Below are positions 61,501 to 64,000 of a stretch of 64,000 nucleotides of DNA, one piece after another (the first letter of the stretch is position 1; each line of letters begins with the position of its first letter). A program made the position numbers and the translations under genes. The stretch is from contig CM102284.1 of NCBI GenBank assembly GCA_046563655.1, positions 8,680,001 to 8,744,000 of the forward strand. Reading direction: 5' to 3'. The stretch is from Yuukianura sp. NJ FZ-2021 (Eukaryota). The notes beneath the pieces were generated by a model. That model had not been told where the DNA came from. It searched no databases and saw only the letters and a program-made list of their open reading frames with translations.

Positions 61501-61712
61501 ATACTGCCATCTGTGGTGCCGCAGTCCAAATGGATACTTGCGCAGGGGACAGCGGTGGGCCGTTCGTTTGCGCCGTTCCGGGTTCGAAACCGGTTCTCTG
61601 CGGTATCGTTTCGTTTGGAATTGGTTGCGCCCTAGGTGTTCCTGGAGTTTATACTGACGTAAAACAGTTTGAAAACTGGATACTTGAACATACCGCAACT
61701 ACTAAGTGCTAA
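58558..61712 (+). CDS. Two-domain S1 serine protease (or two adjacent proteases): domain 1 non-trypsin pocket, domain 2 trypsin-type pocket
   Basis: Domain 1: signal, TPR|VVNG, ASHC, YDIAIL, GPCMGDSGGP. In-frame phase-2 intron 60346-60481. Domain 2: QSR|IVNG, AAHC, SDIAIV, DTCAGDSGGP, stop at 61712 with AATAAA. Confidence 0.8.
58920..59203. mobile_element. Copy of the 1057-1328 MITE with a locally duplicated right end
   Basis: ACAGGTTGGGTAATACCT..TTTCATTTCAGGGCATC..CAACAAG..TTAAAGAAAATT..GGAACCTTG. The ~60-bp right end plus flank is repeated (59080-59143, 59145-59203). Confidence 0.75.
59552..59794. mobile_element. CAAGG...CCTTG MITE similar to 52991-53146
   Basis: CAAGGTTTGTAAAC..CTACAACAGGTTGTCCAA / TTGGATAACCTGGTGTAG..GTTTACGAACCTTG. 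Confidence 0.75.
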
Positions 61713-62183
61713 TAAAGTTGTTTAATTAACAATTAAGTTAAACTTAATTAAGTTGTTAAATCAACAACTGAAGTCATTCCAGAATTGGCAACTTGAGGTC
61801 GAAATTTTATAAATTTGACCTCGTTTTCATGTCACATGAAACAACGGCAATTGGAATGCAACTTGGTTGCAAAATTTTTTGATGTGTCCTAGATTTTTTT
61901 GAGTTTCTGTCCTGTTGTTGGTCTTGAGGTGTCAAAAATAGTAGAAAATGCAGAACAATGAAACTTTTTTTTGTAGTCATGGATCAGTGAAGTGTTTTTT
62001 GTGTTAGTCTTTTGTGTTTCTACTGATATCGCGATGACCTTTGAGAGGTCAACAAGAGATTAGATCAAACAGAACGTAAAAGGCGTCATGTCATAGGTTT
62101 TGTCCAAATTCATTCAACTTTTCCAAATTGCACCAACTTCAAAAAAAAAGTGTCTAAATTTGTAGGCTCAACGTTTTCAAGTT

Positions 62184-63331
62184 ATGGCGTTATTGAAGAC
62201 TTTGGTTTTTCTGGGAAGCATTTTCGTCATAGTGACAGGATGCACTGCGTCCAATCCAGAATGGGCGTGGACATGCGTGTTGGACACAATTGACGGTCCG
62301 TCATGCGTCAGACAAGTTTACAACAGTTCGGACCAAGTGACCAAACGGGTATCGCCCGGGGCGTGTTTTCTGACATGCGGACCGCATGGAGCACTTTGGC
62401 CATACCCAAGTGGACCGGTAAATTTTGAATTTTCTAACCAAAAATTTTGAAGAAATTTGTGAAATTTTGTGGTTTTTAGACCCACATAGGCTCTACTCTT
62501 CTGTCGACCCACCCTGACATGGTGACCTTGGCCTCTGTTGATGCGCCTACTCCAGAAGTCCAAGTCTTACTCCAAGAGGCGATGACCTTGACCCAAGGTC
62601 ACATTTGGAAAATCTACGAACTAGGATTGGAGGAGACCTCGCCCAATCAAGTTCCACTTAAATACATGAATGCTACGGCGGTACAAGTCCATCTGAAGGT
62701 CACAAGCACCGAAACCAAAATCAGAATTGGAACTAACGAGGCCTACACGCTCCAAATTTCATCAGCGGTAAACAAAAAATTGAAAGTTTCAATTTAAAAA
62801 AAAAAAATTGTAAGTTCAAAATTTTGTACAGAATGGTATTGTTTCGGTTCATATCGAAGGAACAACGTTTTTCGGCGTTCGCCATGGACTGGAAACCTTG
62901 ACGCAGTTGATGGCCTTCAATGAATTCAGTGGCCTTTTGGAGGTAGGAGGTCAAAGGTCAACTTTTTTCAAAATACTTTTTCTAAAAATTTTTGGTTTCG
63001 TTTTGAGATTGTTTCGGAGTGTAGTATCGTGGACAGTCCGAAGTTCATGTACCGCGGTGTTTTAATCGATACTGGACGAAACTTCATTCCGATTCCAGCT
63101 TTGAAGAGAATGGTTGACGCCATGGCGTACAACAAACTGAACATGATGCACTGGCATCTCTCAGACAGCAATTCCTTTCCATTTGAATCCAAACGAGTTC
63201 CACTTGTCACGGCTTATGGCACGTACAGCCCCAAAAAAGTGTACACTGCTGCTCAAGTATCAGAGTTCATCCAGTATGCCAATCTGAGGGGGGTCAAGGT
63301 CATTCCGGAACTGGATGCTCCTTCACATGCC
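62184..63331 (+). CDS. Beta-N-acetylhexosaminidase (GH20, chitooligosaccharidolytic type), 5' partial
   Basis: Signal peptide, WAWTC..CFLTCGPHGALWPYPSG, NEAYTL, TFFGVRHGLETLTQL, DSPKFMYRGVLIDTGRNF, KLNMMHWHLSDSNSFPF, RGVKVIPELDAPSHA|G; continues beyond the window. Confidence 0.93.
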
Positions 63332-63339
63332 GGTAAGTT

Positions 63340-63680
63340 GAGGAAAGTAAAAAAAAAAGGTCAACACAGAAAGTCGAAAAAGTCACAACAACAAAAAAAA
63401 GTCAAAGCAAGAGGTAACAGAGAGTCAAAAAAGCCAAAACGTTAAAAAAATTTAAAAAATAAGCCAAAACGGTAGAGAAAAGTCAATAAAAAAAAGTCAC
63501 AACGGTAAAAAAAAAAGTCAAAACAATAACAGAAAGTCGAAACGGTAGTCAAAAAAGTCAACAAGGTAAATGAAAGTCAAACAAGTGAAACAGGTAAATG
63601 AAGGTAAAAAAAGAGTCGCAACAACGTTTAAAAAAGTCAAAGCAACAGAAAGTCAAAACGGTAGTCAAAAAGGTAAATGA
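63340..63680. repeat. A-rich low-complexity repeat of AAAGTCA-type units in the GH20 intron
   Basis: Repeated AAAAGTCAAA / AACGGTAG / GGTAAATGAA units. Confidence 0.75.
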
Positions 63681-63873
63681 ACAGGGTTCGGAGGCTGTAA
63701 CTTACGTCCTGTAACTTACGTACGTAAGTTACGTAATTTTCAGAGGGGTTGTAATTTTCGTAATTTTCATTCTTTTGAATTTTACGTGGGAGGGAGACAG
63801 CGTAGGAGTCAGGGGAGCGAAGTCCAAAATAACAAAAGAGCAGTGATTTAGATGATTATTTTTCGGTTTTTTC

Positions 63874-64000
63874 TCGAGCAGTCTGCTCGAGAAATACCAG
63901 GATATTCTTCGAGCAGTCTGCTCGAGAAATACCAGGATATTCTTCGAGCAGTCTGCTCGAGAAATACCAGGATATTCTTCGAGCAGACTGCTCGAGAAAT
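63874..64000. repeat. 35-bp tandem repeat with internal palindrome, at least 3.6 copies, running off the window end
   Basis: Unit TCGAGCAGTCTGCTCGAGAAATACCAGGATATTCT starts at 63874, 63909, 63944 and 63979. Confidence 0.92.

Noticed and set aside
63332-63445. Lys-rich C-terminal tail of ORF 63029-63445
   Set aside because: Read-through into an A-rich intron past the donor G|GTAAGT at ~63332.
63874-64000. CRISPR-like array of palindromic ~35-bp repeats
   Set aside because: Units are contiguous with identical intervening sequence (no unique spacers), there are no cas genes, and it lies in a eukaryotic intron.

Overview
Gene-dense, intron-rich eukaryotic DNA, almost certainly from an arthropod (gene content and sequences resemble insect/pancrustacean orthologues). 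It has short introns, no prokaryotic features and no CRISPR array. Spliced genes read by eye, left to right: a neyo/nyobe-like PAN-ZP cuticle gene (-, 3' end outside the window), apparently nested in an intron of Atg16 (+, last four WD40 exons); TCTP (-); SPCS2 (+); myosin VIIa/crinkled (+); an FSIP2-N-terminus-like coiled-coil gene (-); mitochondrial EF-G1 (+); VPS35L (+); a short Hip1/Sla2 paralogue lacking the talin-like tail (+); CCDC39 (-); NME7 (-); delta-COP (-); two tandem ATD-less iGluR/IR-like genes with a degenerate or absent pore loop (-); a single-domain S1 protease plus an apparent spliced two-domain S1 protease (+); and the 5' part of a GH20 hexosaminidase (+). Introns carry several MITE families, a tRNA-derived SINE-like pair and tandem repeats. 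The most notable points are the pore-degenerate glutamate-receptor pair, the fused two-domain protease, the truncated Hip1 with TIRs bracketing its ANTH exons, a pervasive AGGTCA/TGACCT repeat motif that reaches into coding loops, and an island of nested AAGGGCCCC inverted repeats. Exon boundaries and homology calls were made by hand from memory of the protein families, without any database search.
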